44,440 bases of DNA from an uncultured Deferribacteres bacterium (GCA_964014485.1 CAXHAT010000044.1:1-44440), one strand, 5' to 3'; shown: positions 6,921 through 16,476, counted from the stretch's first letter. Numbers and translations are program-made. The notes: generated from the letters alone by a model not told the origin.

Positions 6921-9275
6921 TTCGTCGAGAAGCTCTTCAAACGTCAAATTCTCAACCGGATATTCGCGCCAGTCTTTGTAATCGAAGTGCCACCATTCGT
7001 GCTGGTACACTCTATAGCCTTCCGATTCAAACGCTTCACGTAATAAGTCTCTGTGCCAGCGTTGCAATGAAGTCCCGCCCACATAATCCGGAAACGAACG
7101 ATCCGTCATTTCATCGTAGCCGCCGGGCATTTCAATGACCTCACCGGTTTGCAAATCATACAATGTTAAATCCACCGCGCAGCCGCGATTGTGGCGCGAG
7201 CCATTGGCCGGATTGGCGACGAAAATCTTTTTATCCTCCGGCGTGGCGTCGTAAAACATCTTCGTGACGTACCACGGGCGGTAAGCGTCGTGAATCAGCA
7301 GGCCGTAGCCGTGCTCGCGCAGTTTTTGGTGCACCCGCAGCAGCGCTTCCGCCGCCGGGCGCTGCAAAAACGCTTTCGGCTGCCGATAAAAAACGGAGCT
7401 CATGAAATTATTGGTCGTGGCGTAGCGAATATCAAATTTAATCGTCGGAACAAGCGTGGAAAGATCGACCAAATCGGACTGGCGCGGCTTGTTTTCAGGC
7501 GGCGGCGAGGCGGCCAGCGCTTCTTCCCGCAATTCTTCAACCGGACGAACCGGCGTAATGCGAAAAGTCTCGCCCGCCTGCGTTCCAACCGGACGGCGCT
7601 TGAAAACCACGCTGTTTTCAAGCTCAAACTGTGTCGCATAGCCGCTGGCGTCGCGAGTGAATTTGATGCTCTCGCCGTGATACAAACCGTAATCCTTCGG
7701 GAATTCAAAGGTATTGTCGTCAATCTCCGTCAACGGATATTTCGGGAACCATTCGATGAGACAATAAAGCCGCCCCCGCTCTTCGTAGATTTGAATGACG
7801 TTGTGATCCCAGCCGTACTCGCCGATTAAAGTCCGCCAATGTCTTGGCGCAGGCTCAGGTTTCGTCGCTTCAACGCGGTCGTAAATCTTTTCTCCCACCT
7901 TCACCTGATCGTCGTTTTCACGACGAACGCCAAGTCCAACAGAAAGCCGGTCGTCTACGACTAAACTGTTTTCCATCGCGCGCAATCGCAGTTCGTAACT
8001 GCCGCGATCGAGATAAAGCTCGCCGTATCTTTCGTCGAGCTCAATGCGTTCATCGCCGTTTTTGTAGGTTCCTTCCAGTTCCTTGGCCAGCGCCGGATCG
8101 ACAGGCTGCGTCGTCTGGTACTCCGGTAATTCCCCGCCAGACTTCGCCGCCGCCATCAAGTCAAGCGCATAGGCGCAAAGTCGCGTCGTAATCGTGTTTG
8201 AAAAATCAACCGTCGTCACGGTAGCCGCGCCTATTTTGGCTTCCGGCAGCATTAACAATTGTGTTGCAAAGCCATAAATCGCACCGCCGTGCCCGACGCG
8301 CTGCTGGCCGTTTTGCTCGGACAAACTGAATCCAATGCCGAATCCCGTGTTGCCGGACTCGGCGAACTGCGGCGCCCACATTTCCTGCAACGTTTCCGGC
8401 TTCAGAATCTGGCCGCCCTCGGTTTTGCCGCCGTTAAAAAGAATGCTCATAAATTTCCCAAGATCGGTCATCGGCGCGTACATGCTGCCCGCTGGCGCCA
8501 TGCCCAGTTCAAAGGTCGGCGCGACAAAATCAGGACGATCATAACCCCACATGTACGCCGTGGCCAGGTTTTCCCGAATTTCAGGCGTGGGCGCAAAGCC
8601 GCTTTGGTGCAGTCCCATCGGCTCCAAAACGGCGGATTGTAAATATTCCGCGAAGGGCTGGCCGCTCAGAACCTCCAGCACATAGCCGACGACCGCAATC
8701 CCGGCGTTGGAATATTTAATTTTCGATTCCGGCGCATAGATCAAATCTGAGTTGTTCAGGCTCTCAACGGTGGCAGCGAGCGTCGGTTCGTCGTCTTCAA
8801 AATAATTGCCGACGCGCGGCTCGCGAATCAGGCCGGAACGATGGGACATGAGTTGGCGCAAGGTGATCGGCTTGTCGAACGGGTTGCGCGGACGAAATTC
8901 AGGCAGGTATTCCGTGATCGGTGCGTCGAGGTCGATTTTGCCCTGCTCGACCAACTGCATGATTCCAATGTCCGTGAACAATTTTGACACCGAGCCAATG
9001 CGATAAACCGTGTTCAACGAGGCCTTTTTGCCGGTCTCCGGATTTTCTTCGCCGAAAGCCGCCGCCCAAACGGTCTCCTGGTCGTCGACCAAAACGACGG
9101 AAAAAGCGGGCAGGTGCTTGTCGTGCATTTCGTGTTCAATTGCAGCAGTCAGCTTCTCCGCGACTTCAGCGTAATCCTGTCGCGCTTGAAATTCATTCCC
9201 GGAATCTGATGCGCATGAAATAAAGTATAGAACGAAAATCAAAAAGATTGCTGCGGCGCTTTTGTATGATCTCAT
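6915..9275 (-). CDS. Lipoprotein: serine beta-lactamase-like hydrolase fused to an M15D (VanX-type) D-Ala-D-Ala dipeptidase
   Basis: Lipobox FISC; SVSK (SxxK), YSN and HGG motifs; C-terminal DAYRP, SRHNRGCAVD and EWWHF motifs. Confidence 0.9.
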   Translation of the reverse strand: MRSYKSAAAIFLIFVLYFISCASDSGNEFQARQDYAEVAEKLTAAIEHEMHDKHLPAFSVVLVDDQETVWAAAFGEENPETGKKASLNTVYRIGSVSKLFTDIGIMQLVEQGKIDLDAPITEYLPEFRPRNPFDKPITLRQLMSHRSGLIREPRVGNYFEDDEPTLAATVESLNNSDLIYAPESKIKYSNAGIAVVGYVLEVLSGQPFAEYLQSAVLEPMGLHQSGFAPTPEIRENLATAYMWGYDRPDFVAPTFELGMAPAGSMYAPMTDLGKFMSILFNGGKTEGGQILKPETLQEMWAPQFAESGNTGFGIGFSLSEQNGQQRVGHGGAIYGFATQLLMLPEAKIGAATVTTVDFSNTITTRLCAYALDLMAAAKSGGELPEYQTTQPVDPALAKELEGTYKNGDERIELDERYGELYLDRGSYELRLRAMENSLVVDDRLSVGLGVRRENDDQVKVGEKIYDRVEATKPEPAPRHWRTLIGEYGWDHNVIQIYEERGRLYCLIEWFPKYPLTEIDDNTFEFPKDYGLYHGESIKFTRDASGYATQFELENSVVFKRRPVGTQAGETFRITPVRPVEELREEALAASPPPENKPRQSDLVDLSTLVPTIKFDIRYATTNNFMSSVFYRQPKAFLQRPAAEALLRVHQKLREHGYGLLIHDAYRPWYVTKMFYDATPEDKKIFVANPANGSRHNRGCAVDLTLYDLQTGEVIEMPGGYDEMTDRSFPDYVGGTSLQRWHRDLLREAFESEGYRVYQHEWWHFDYKDWREYPVENLTFEELLDEE

Positions 9276-9325
9276 TTTGAAGTTCCTTTAAATTAACGGG
9301 TGCATCCGCCAGTTCAGATGAGAAA

Positions 9326-9456
9326 GGAGTGCAAGGCTTGCCTTGCTTTTTGGCTGCGGATTTCTTCGCAATCGTGCATTTCATTCCATCTCTTGCTTAA
9401 ATATTCGGTTCTTGTCCGGTTGGGCCGAGTGAGAGGCAAAGCAAGATTTGCACTCC
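9326..9456. repeat. REPIN family B copy (GGAGTGCAARGCTTGCYTTGC inverted pair)
   Basis: GGAGTGCAAGGCTTGCCTTGC ... GCAAAGCAAGATTTGCACTCC. Confidence 0.85.
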
Positions 9457-9674
9457 TTTCCGCTTGTTACTGTTTGGCTTGGGCGGGAAGGTAACGAGCC
9501 GAAATCTATTTCGACAACTCAATTTTATCCATCGCTTCTTTTGAGTTTCCTATAAATTATCGGGATGCATCCGCCAGTTCATACCGTTTTCCTTGATTCT
9601 TTATCCGTTCCGATACGGCTAAATGACCGAATTTAACAGATGATAAATAAAGAAAAATAGTATCAGACGAGAAA

Positions 9675-9805
9675 GGAGTGCAAGGCTTGCCTTGCTTTCA
9701 GCCGCAGGTTTCTTCGCAACCGTGCGCTTCAACTCCGCGCCTTGCTGAAATATTCGGTTCTTGTCCGGTTGGGCCGAGTGAGAGGCAAAGCAAGCTTTGC
9801 ACTCC
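9675..9805. repeat. REPIN family B copy
   Basis: GGAGTGCAAGGCTTGCCTTGC ... GCAAAGCAAGCTTTGCACTCC. Confidence 0.85.
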
Positions 9806-9854
9806 TTTTCGCTTGTTATCGCTCGGCTTGGGCGGGAAGGTAACGAGCCGAAAT

Positions 9855-11114
9855 CTATTGTGATAAATCGATTTTATCCATCGCTTCCAGGCGTTCTGCA
9901 AGCGTCGGATGCGAGTAATGATAAAAACTGTACCAGGGGTGCGGGGTGAAATTGCTGAGATTGTCTTTGCCTAATTTCAAGAGCGCGCCTCTTAAGCCTT
10001 CGGCGGATTGCATAGCTTCGGCGGCGAAACGATCCGCTTCGTACTCATATTTTCGTGAGAGAATGGAACTGAGCGGCGAGAGGAAGAACGTAAACGGTCC
10101 GGCGCAAAAGCTGAAAAGCACGACGGCGGCGTGATAGCTGGGCGCTTCAAATCCGAAGGCTTGGAAAAAGGGCGTGAATTCCAGCAAAAGGCTCAAAATA
10201 AACAGTCCCGTCAGCATCCCCGCCGAGGTGAGAACAAGCTGTTTTTTGATGTGCTTCTTTTTCTCATGCCCAATTTCATGCGCCAGCACGGAAACGACTT
10301 GCTCGCGATCCAGTGCATTGATGAGCGTGTCAAAAAGCACGATGCGCTTCGATTTGCCAAGACCGGTAAAATAGGCGTTGCTGTGCCTGGAGCGCTTGCT
10401 GCCGTCCATGACAAATACGCCGTTTACGTCGAACGCGCATTTCTTTGCGACGGCGAGAATGTCCTGTTTTAAATCGCCTTCTTCGAGCGGGGAGAATTTG
10501 TTGAAAATCGGGGCGATGACCTTTGGGTAGAGCACCATCATCAGCAACTGGAAAACGGTGATAAAAATGAAGGCGTAAACCCACCAAAATTCGCCGGTTG
10601 CGTCCATGAACCAGAACAGCGCGAAGAGCAGCGGCGTGAAGAGAATCGCCGACAAAATCATCCCCTTGATTTGGTCGAGCAAAAACAGCGACCAAGTCAT
10701 TTTGTTGAAGCCGAATTTCTCTTCGATGAAAAATTGTGAATAGACCGAAAACGGCAGCAAGACGGCGCTGAAGATGAGCGTGACCACAAAAACGAAAATC
10801 ACGCCGTGCGAATATTTCTCAAAGCCGAATTCGGCGATGCGCTCGTCAATCGCGCCAAATCCGCCGCTCAAAATCAACCACAACAAAAACAGCGAACTTG
10901 CGAGAGAAGCGACAACGCCAAATTTTTCTTTGACAATCGAATAGTCCACGGATTTTTGGTAGGTTTCTCGATCAATCACGCCTCGAAAAACCGGCGGGAT
11001 GCGATCACGATTTGCGCGAACGTTTCTGATGTTCAAGGCAGCGAGAAACGTCTCCCAGCCAAACTCTAACGCGAAAAAAATGAGAAATAATACGAGAATA
11101 GATTCCGAGGTCAT
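9855..11114 (-). CDS. M48 family (Ste24-like) zinc metallopeptidase
   Basis: Multi-TM N-terminus, DGSKRS, NAYFTG, HEIGH, EYEADRFA and YSHP motifs. Confidence 0.93.
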   Translation of the reverse strand: MTSESILVLFLIFFALEFGWETFLAALNIRNVRANRDRIPPVFRGVIDRETYQKSVDYSIVKEKFGVVASLASSLFLLWLILSGGFGAIDERIAEFGFEKYSHGVIFVFVVTLIFSAVLLPFSVYSQFFIEEKFGFNKMTWSLFLLDQIKGMILSAILFTPLLFALFWFMDATGEFWWVYAFIFITVFQLLMMVLYPKVIAPIFNKFSPLEEGDLKQDILAVAKKCAFDVNGVFVMDGSKRSRHSNAYFTGLGKSKRIVLFDTLINALDREQVVSVLAHEIGHEKKKHIKKQLVLTSAGMLTGLFILSLLLEFTPFFQAFGFEAPSYHAAVVLFSFCAGPFTFFLSPLSSILSRKYEYEADRFAAEAMQSAEGLRGALLKLGKDNLSNFTPHPWYSFYHYSHPTLAERLEAMDKIDLSQ

Positions 11115-11128
11115 GTGTTCCGTTTCCG

Positions 11129-11809
11129 TTATTCTTTGCGCCTGTACACAATTGCATTGCCGCGTTTCCCGGCTCGTTCAAAAAGATTCATTCTGTCCAA
11201 ACAGTACGCCATTTTTTGGGCCAGGCGACGCGACGTTTTGAGCGCTTGCGCCAGATCAGCGGTCGTAAAAGATACAGGCAGATCGGCGGGGATCAGGGGA
11301 GCCATATTTTCCGGATCTTCGAAAAGATGCTCATCCGTGACCTCAATCAGCCGGCGCTCCTGCGTCACCCAGCCTCCGCGCCGCCAGCCGTGACGTTTAT
11401 CGTGGCGACGCATTTCTTCCTCATGAATGGATAAAATTTGCAGAGAAAAGTTGGGGTTGGCGAGCAATTCCGGGAAGCTGACCAACTCGTCAAATATTTG
11501 AAAAAGCGCGCCGCGTTTCGGTGATTTCCTGCGACGCGGCATTCCGGCTTCGTCCGTCGGCAGTCTCAAAATCCATTTTTCCCGCGCAATTGGATAAACC
11601 AACCGAACGGGATGCTGCGCGGTCAACTTGAGCAACTTCGATTTAATGGCGGAAAAATTTCGCGTTTGAATTTCTATCAGCAGGCCATCGCGAAAAATAT
11701 CGATGATGTACCCGTCCAGCGGCGTTTCCAAACGGTCGCCGGGGCGGGCGCACCAGTCCTTTAAAGCCGAGTGCAGCGATTTTTCATTGAGAACGCCGAT
11801 GGCATTCAT
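11129..11809 (-). CDS. Conserved hypothetical protein, PD-(D/E)XK nuclease-like with a C-terminal HTH-like region
   Basis: EKSLH, IIDI..LIEIQT motif; C-terminal FTTADLAQAL..GNAIVY. Confidence 0.7.
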   Translation of the reverse strand: MNAIGVLNEKSLHSALKDWCARPGDRLETPLDGYIIDIFRDGLLIEIQTRNFSAIKSKLLKLTAQHPVRLVYPIAREKWILRLPTDEAGMPRRRKSPKRGALFQIFDELVSFPELLANPNFSLQILSIHEEEMRRHDKRHGWRRGGWVTQERRLIEVTDEHLFEDPENMAPLIPADLPVSFTTADLAQALKTSRRLAQKMAYCLDRMNLFERAGKRGNAIVYRRKE

Positions 11810-11818
11810 GTTTTCATC

Positions 11819-12352
11819 TTACGTCCATTTGGCATAGCAAAAACAATCGCGGGGCGCTTCGCCCGCGTTGGGATGCGCCAGCCATCTGTGCAAAACGCCT
11901 TCTTTTTCTAATCCCGCCTTTTCCATCACGCGCGACGAAGCGACATTTTCCACGTCGCAGACAGACCAGATGCGGTGAATTTCAGGCTGATTTTCCGCCC
12001 ATCGTGTAACCGCCTTCAACGCTTCGGTCACAACTCCGCGCCCCCAATACTCGCGCGCTAGAACATAGCCAAAATCCGCCTTGAAGCCGTGAATGCGCAG
12101 GGCGATCATGCCAATGGTACGATTTGCGGACTTTTGCGTGATCGACCAGGTAAACGTCGGCCCGCCCTCCCAGTCGGCAACACAGGTTTTTATAAATTCT
12201 CTGGTCTCTTCAATATTTTCGTGCGGCCGCCAAGTCAGGAATTTTGTCACTTCCCGATCCTGCGCATATTCGGCAAAAACAGCTTCTGCGTCTTCCGGGC
12301 GGGGTTTTCTTAAAGCCAGGCGGTCTGTTTCAAAGATTTCAGGCGGTTTCAT
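11819..12352 (-). CDS. GNAT (RimJ/RimL-type) N-acetyltransferase
   Basis: ETDRLALR, YWGRG and NVASSRVMEKAG motifs; ATG at 12352 preferred as start. Confidence 0.88.
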   Translation of the reverse strand: MKPPEIFETDRLALRKPRPEDAEAVFAEYAQDREVTKFLTWRPHENIEETREFIKTCVADWEGGPTFTWSITQKSANRTIGMIALRIHGFKADFGYVLAREYWGRGVVTEALKAVTRWAENQPEIHRIWSVCDVENVASSRVMEKAGLEKEGVLHRWLAHPNAGEAPRDCFCYAKWT

Positions 12353-12506
12353 GGAGTGATAGATAATCGGCGAAGCGTGGGATAGCAATCAAAAGCGAAC
12401 ACAAGCCGTTCATCTAAAACGACTTGACTCGCGCCGTGACAGGCTTCATTTTGGCGATTAACGAAAGAATGTTGACTGACGTCGTTTAGAACACATAGTT
12501 TTGGCG

Positions 12507-12558
12507 GGATTAACGGGATCGACTGGATTTTCTTCTCATTTCTTCATCCCGTCAATCC
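12507..12558. repeat. Intergenic inverted repeat
   Basis: GGATTAACGGGAT ... ATCCCGTCAATCC (12/13 pairing). Confidence 0.6.
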
Positions 12559-12576
12559 ATCTCGGGCTTTTGGAAA

Positions 12577-12667
12577 CAAACTAAAGTTTGAACTACAAAC
12601 GACAGCGGCGCGGTTCTAATCTGAGCGTGAAGCAAGCACCGTCGTTTGTAGTTCAAGCTTCAGCTTG
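12577..12667. repeat. REPIN family A copy (GTAG-TT-hairpin inverted pair)
   Basis: CAAACTAAAGTTTGAACTACAAACGAC ... GTCGTTTGTAGTTCAAGCTTCAGCTTG; near reverse complement of 33621-33712. Confidence 0.88.
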
Positions 12668-12784
12668 CTCCTTTAAAATTTTCCGCTATATCATCGGATA
12701 TCATTTTTGAGAATCGCTAAATAATCGATTTAGAATCGGAATTGCGGGAGACGATCAACACACATTTTTAAAAGGAACCCAATT

Positions 12785-13789
12785 ATGCCGAATTTGATGA
12801 ACCAACAATTCAAGCTTGCAGCACGCCCGATTGGCCTGCCGAAACAAACTGATTGGTCATACGAAGAATCGCCGATCCCAGAGCCGGGCGACGGCGAAAT
12901 CTTAATCAAAATCATGTACATTTCACTCGATCCGGCCATGCGCGGCTGGATGAACGTGTCGCGCTCATATGTTCCGCCGGTCGGCATTGGCGAGGTGATG
13001 CGCGCCGGGACGGTCGGCGAGGTGGTCGCTTCAAATCATCCCGGATTTGAAAAAGGCGCGTTCGTTGTCGGGATGCAGGGCGTGCAAAGTTATGCGATTT
13101 CCGACGGCAAAGGACTGCACAAAGTCGATCCGAATTTGGCGCCGCTGCCGCTTCATTTGAGCACGCTGGGCATGCCGGGAATGACCGCTTATTTTGGCCT
13201 TTTGGACGTCGGCAAGCCGCAGGCCGGAGAAACGGTCGTCGTTTCCGGCGCGGCAGGTGCGGTCGGCGCTGTGGTTGGACAAATTGCAAAAATTAAGGGC
13301 TGCCGCGTTGTCGGAATCGCAGGCGGCGATCAAAAATGCGCTTATGTTTTGGATGAGCTCGGCTTCGACGCCGTGATCGACTATAAATCCGAAAGCCTCC
13401 GCAAAGCGCTCAAAAAAGCCTGCCCCGACGGCGTCGACGTTTACTTCGACAACGTGGGCGGCGAAACGCTGGACACGATTTTGACGCGCATCAACATGAA
13501 AGCGCGCATTGTCATTTGCGGCGCCATTTCGCAATACAACAACACAACGCCGGTGCAAGGCCCAAGCAATTATTTGTCGCTTCTGGTCAATCGTGCGCGC
13601 ATGGAAGGCTTCATCGTTTTTGATTACCGAAAACAGTACGGCATTGCCGCACAGGAAATGGCGGGATGGATGGCGGAAGGTCGGTTGAAATCCAAAGAAC
13701 ATATCGTGAAAGGATTGGAAACTTTCCCGGAAACATTGCTCATGCTTTTTTCGGGGGAGAATTTTGGCAAGCTGTTGATTGAAGTTTAA
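12785..13789 (+). CDS. NADP-dependent oxidoreductase (MDR, prostaglandin reductase/CurA-like)
   Basis: SLDPAMRGW, GMPGMTAYFG, SGAAGAVG, YFDNVGG, CGAISQY and GENFGK motifs. Confidence 0.93.
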   Translation: MPNLMNQQFKLAARPIGLPKQTDWSYEESPIPEPGDGEILIKIMYISLDPAMRGWMNVSRSYVPPVGIGEVMRAGTVGEVVASNHPGFEKGAFVVGMQGVQSYAISDGKGLHKVDPNLAPLPLHLSTLGMPGMTAYFGLLDVGKPQAGETVVVSGAAGAVGAVVGQIAKIKGCRVVGIAGGDQKCAYVLDELGFDAVIDYKSESLRKALKKACPDGVDVYFDNVGGETLDTILTRINMKARIVICGAISQYNNTTPVQGPSNYLSLLVNRARMEGFIVFDYRKQYGIAAQEMAGWMAEGRLKSKEHIVKGLETFPETLLMLFSGENFGKLLIEV

Positions 13790-13795
13790 GGCACG

Positions 13796-15025
13796 TTATT
13801 TTGTAGAGACGCGATGCATCGCGTCTCTACGATTTCTTGCGCTGATTGCGTTTTCAATGATTGCGTCAAGGTTCGCCAAAACGCGGTCCCAACCAAAATT
13901 TTGCTCAACGATCTGGCGTCCGGCCAATGCGAGCTTTCGGCGTTTTTCGGGGGACTTGACTAACGAAATGATGTGTTCGGCAAACACTTCGGGCGCGTCC
14001 GCAGCCAAGACATGCCGCCCTTCCAAGAGATCGAGTCCTTCCAAACCGATGTGCGTGGAAACAACCGGCGTACCCGCCGCCATTGATTCCAGAATTTTAT
14101 TTTTCGCCCCCGCTCCGCCGCGGATCGGGCAGAGACTGGCTGCGGCTTTGTGCAAAAATGGCCGGACGTCTTCGACTTCGCCTGTAACCGAAATCTTGTC
14201 CTTTTTTTGCAGTTTTAGTAATTCGCGCGGCGGCTCAATCCCCACAACGTCCAGCTTGATTTGAGGAATGTTCCGTTCAATAATTGGCAGGATTTCGCGG
14301 ATAAAATATTGCGCGGCGTCGAGGTTTGGCGTTGTGCTCATTTTGCCGACAAACACAAGTTGATTCGCGTCATATCCGTCGTCGTAGAATTGAAAATATT
14401 CGAGATCAACTCCGGCGCCGATGATTTGAACGTTTTCAGAGGGCGCATACGTTGACATGTAATCACGATCCGCTTCGGAGATGAGCAGGCTCTGATGAAA
14501 ACGGGGAAGAATTTTCTGCTCATAGCTTCGCACCCTGCCGAACTCGATGCGTTGAGCCAAATCAAACATTTTCAAACCTTTGCCCAACTTTCGATTGCGT
14601 TCATAATTCAGGCCGAGCGCGTCTGTCAAATCGAGAATTTTAGCCGCGCCGTTGGCGTTCAGCGCGTAGTCCGCCATGCGCAAAAGGTGTGAAAAAATCG
14701 CGTCGAAATGCTGTGTTTGCAGAAGTTGGTTGAGCTTTTTTCGAAATGAAGTTGAATTATAATAATGCACTTGCAGCGGTTTCGAAGAAAAGGCGCCGAG
14801 AGCACAATTTATGAAAGATTTCTTTCGCGGCAGAACGACGGTTTCACAGCGCTCAACAAACGGCGCCGCCAAGCGTTGCTGCTCGTCGCTCACCGGCGTT
14901 TCACTCAATGAGAGCAGCGTAATTTCATGCCGTTTTGAAAGCGCTTTGAGAAATTGCGAAACGCGCAGCCTGTCTCCGCCCAGCGGCGGAAAGGGGAATC
15001 GTGAGGTTAAAAAAAGAATTTTCAT
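13796..15025 (-). CDS. GT4 family glycosyltransferase
   Basis: RFPFPPLGGD N-terminal motif and KILESMAAGTPVV motif. Confidence 0.9.
   Translation of the reverse strand: MKILFLTSRFPFPPLGGDRLRVSQFLKALSKRHEITLLSLSETPVSDEQQRLAAPFVERCETVVLPRKKSFINCALGAFSSKPLQVHYYNSTSFRKKLNQLLQTQHFDAIFSHLLRMADYALNANGAAKILDLTDALGLNYERNRKLGKGLKMFDLAQRIEFGRVRSYEQKILPRFHQSLLISEADRDYMSTYAPSENVQIIGAGVDLEYFQFYDDGYDANQLVFVGKMSTTPNLDAAQYFIREILPIIERNIPQIKLDVVGIEPPRELLKLQKKDKISVTGEVEDVRPFLHKAAASLCPIRGGAGAKNKILESMAAGTPVVSTHIGLEGLDLLEGRHVLAADAPEVFAEHIISLVKSPEKRRKLALAGRQIVEQNFGWDRVLANLDAIIENAISARNRRDAMHRVSTK
13803..13830. repeat. Perfect 28-bp GTAG-type REP palindrome inside the 3' end of the GT4 gene
   Basis: GTAGAGACGCGATGCATCGCGTCTCTAC. 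Confidence 0.85.
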
Positions 15026-15064
15026 GCAGACGCTTTTCGGGCGCGGAACGAGGCTGTTTATTAG

Positions 15065-15132
15065 ATGGAGTATTGGATTTCTGGATTAATGAAATTGGGG
15101 GATTGCATCGCTCCAAGAATCCAACACTCCAT
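15065..15132. repeat. Intergenic inverted repeat built on 8-nt TGGAnnnn-like units
   Basis: ATGGAGTATTGGATT ... AATCCAACACTCCAT. Confidence 0.65.
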
Positions 15133-15168
15133 AATTCCAAAATTATCGGCGTAAACTTGCTGCATCGA

Positions 15169-16476
15169 TCAGTTTCCACTGCTCGCCGAAGACGCCATGC
15201 TCAGATAATCCAAAAGCAAGAGCGACATCACTTTCATGCCGACTGGCACGGATGAGTTGTCGGCGGTGAAGTTTGGCGTGTGGTGCCCGCCGGAAGTTCC
15301 GCCTGGCTTGACCATGCCCAAACGATAAAAAAAGCCGGGGACTTCGTTGGCGAAATAGGCGAAATCCTCCCCGCCCATTGTCGGAGGCAATTCGATGACG
15401 TTTTCTTTGCCTATTGCACGCGTCAGCGTCGGGATCATTTTTTCCGAAAGCGCCTTGTTGTTGATGGTGGCGGGCGTTCCCCGGTCGTAGTCAAGCTCAA
15501 AACTGCCGCCGTAGGCTTTGGTTATGCCTTCAAGAATTTCGCCCATCCGCCGCTCGACGGCGTCGCGCACTTGCGGGCTGTAGGTGCGAACCGTGCCTTC
15601 CAAATGCACGGTTTCGGGAATTATGTTGAACCTTTCACCGGCGCGAAAAATACCGACCGTGACGACGCTCGGTTCCAGCGGCGGCAAATTGCGCGAACGA
15701 ATAGTCTGAAACGCCGTCACAGCCTGCGAAGCCATCACAATCGGATCGACCGACTCTTCCGGTCGCGCGCCGTGCGCTTGTTTTCCGTGAATATCAATTT
15801 TGAAATGATCGACTGCGGCCAGCGCCGGGCCGATGGTGTAGCCGACTTTGCCCGACTCCATCCCGGCCAATGCGTGCAAACCAAAAACAGCTTCAGGACG
15901 GGGGTTTTCAAACGCTCCTTCCTTCACCATCAAATCCGCGCCGCCCTCTTCCCCCGGCGGCGGGCCTTCTTCGGCGGGTTGAAAAATGAACTTGATCGTG
16001 CCGGGTATCTCGTCTCGCAAATCAGCCAAAATAGAAGCCACGCCCAATTGCACGCCAACGTGAATGTCATGGCCGCAAGCGTGACTGACACCAACTTCTT
16101 TGCCAAGGTAAGTGGTGCGAACCGTCGACTTGAACGGCAGCGTCGTATTTTCAGTCACGGGGAGAGCGTCCATGTCCGCGCGTACGGCCACGACCGGACC
16201 GGGCTTGCCGCCTTTGAGCAGGCCGATGACGCCGGTATGCGCCACTCCCGTCTGCACTTCCATGCCCAATTTGCGCAGATGTTCTTCAACAAGTTTCGCT
16301 GTTTTAAATTCGCGATTGCCAAGCTCAGGATTTTGATGAATCTGCTCCCGCATTTTGATCGTCGCTTCGGCGTGCTTTGCGACCAGCGTCTCAACTTTGT
16401 CCTGTTGCGCCGTCAAAGTATTTGCCCAGAACAAGCACGCCAGCCCCGCTGCGATTTTAGACGTCATTCCTTTCAT
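15169..16476 (-). CDS. M20D amidohydrolase with signal peptide
   Basis: HQNPELG, RADMDALP, HACGHD, FQPAEEG, GGEDF and HHTP motifs. Confidence 0.93.
   Translation of the reverse strand: MKGMTSKIAAGLACLFWANTLTAQQDKVETLVAKHAEATIKMREQIHQNPELGNREFKTAKLVEEHLRKLGMEVQTGVAHTGVIGLLKGGKPGPVVAVRADMDALPVTENTTLPFKSTVRTTYLGKEVGVSHACGHDIHVGVQLGVASILADLRDEIPGTIKFIFQPAEEGPPPGEEGGADLMVKEGAFENPRPEAVFGLHALAGMESGKVGYTIGPALAAVDHFKIDIHGKQAHGARPEESVDPIVMASQAVTAFQTIRSRNLPPLEPSVVTVGIFRAGERFNIIPETVHLEGTVRTYSPQVRDAVERRMGEILEGITKAYGGSFELDYDRGTPATINNKALSEKMIPTLTRAIGKENVIELPPTMGGEDFAYFANEVPGFFYRLGMVKPGGTSGGHHTPNFTADNSSVPVGMKVMSLLLLDYLSMASSASSGN

Larger units (their letters stand above)
9279..9887. repeat. Diverged tandem duplication of a ~260-bp unit (9279-9538 and 9543-9887)
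   Basis: Both units carry TGCATCCGCCAGTTCA, a family-B REPIN, GGCTTGGGCGGGAAGGTAACGAGCCGAAATCTATT and the last 11 codons of the M48 gene; the second unit has an ~84-bp insert. Confidence 0.9.

Noticed and set aside
9193..9901. Short ORFs in the 9.2-9.9 kb gap (similar ones at 18918-19115 and 34756-35167)
   Set aside because: They are translations of REPIN family B repeats, with no RBS or family evidence
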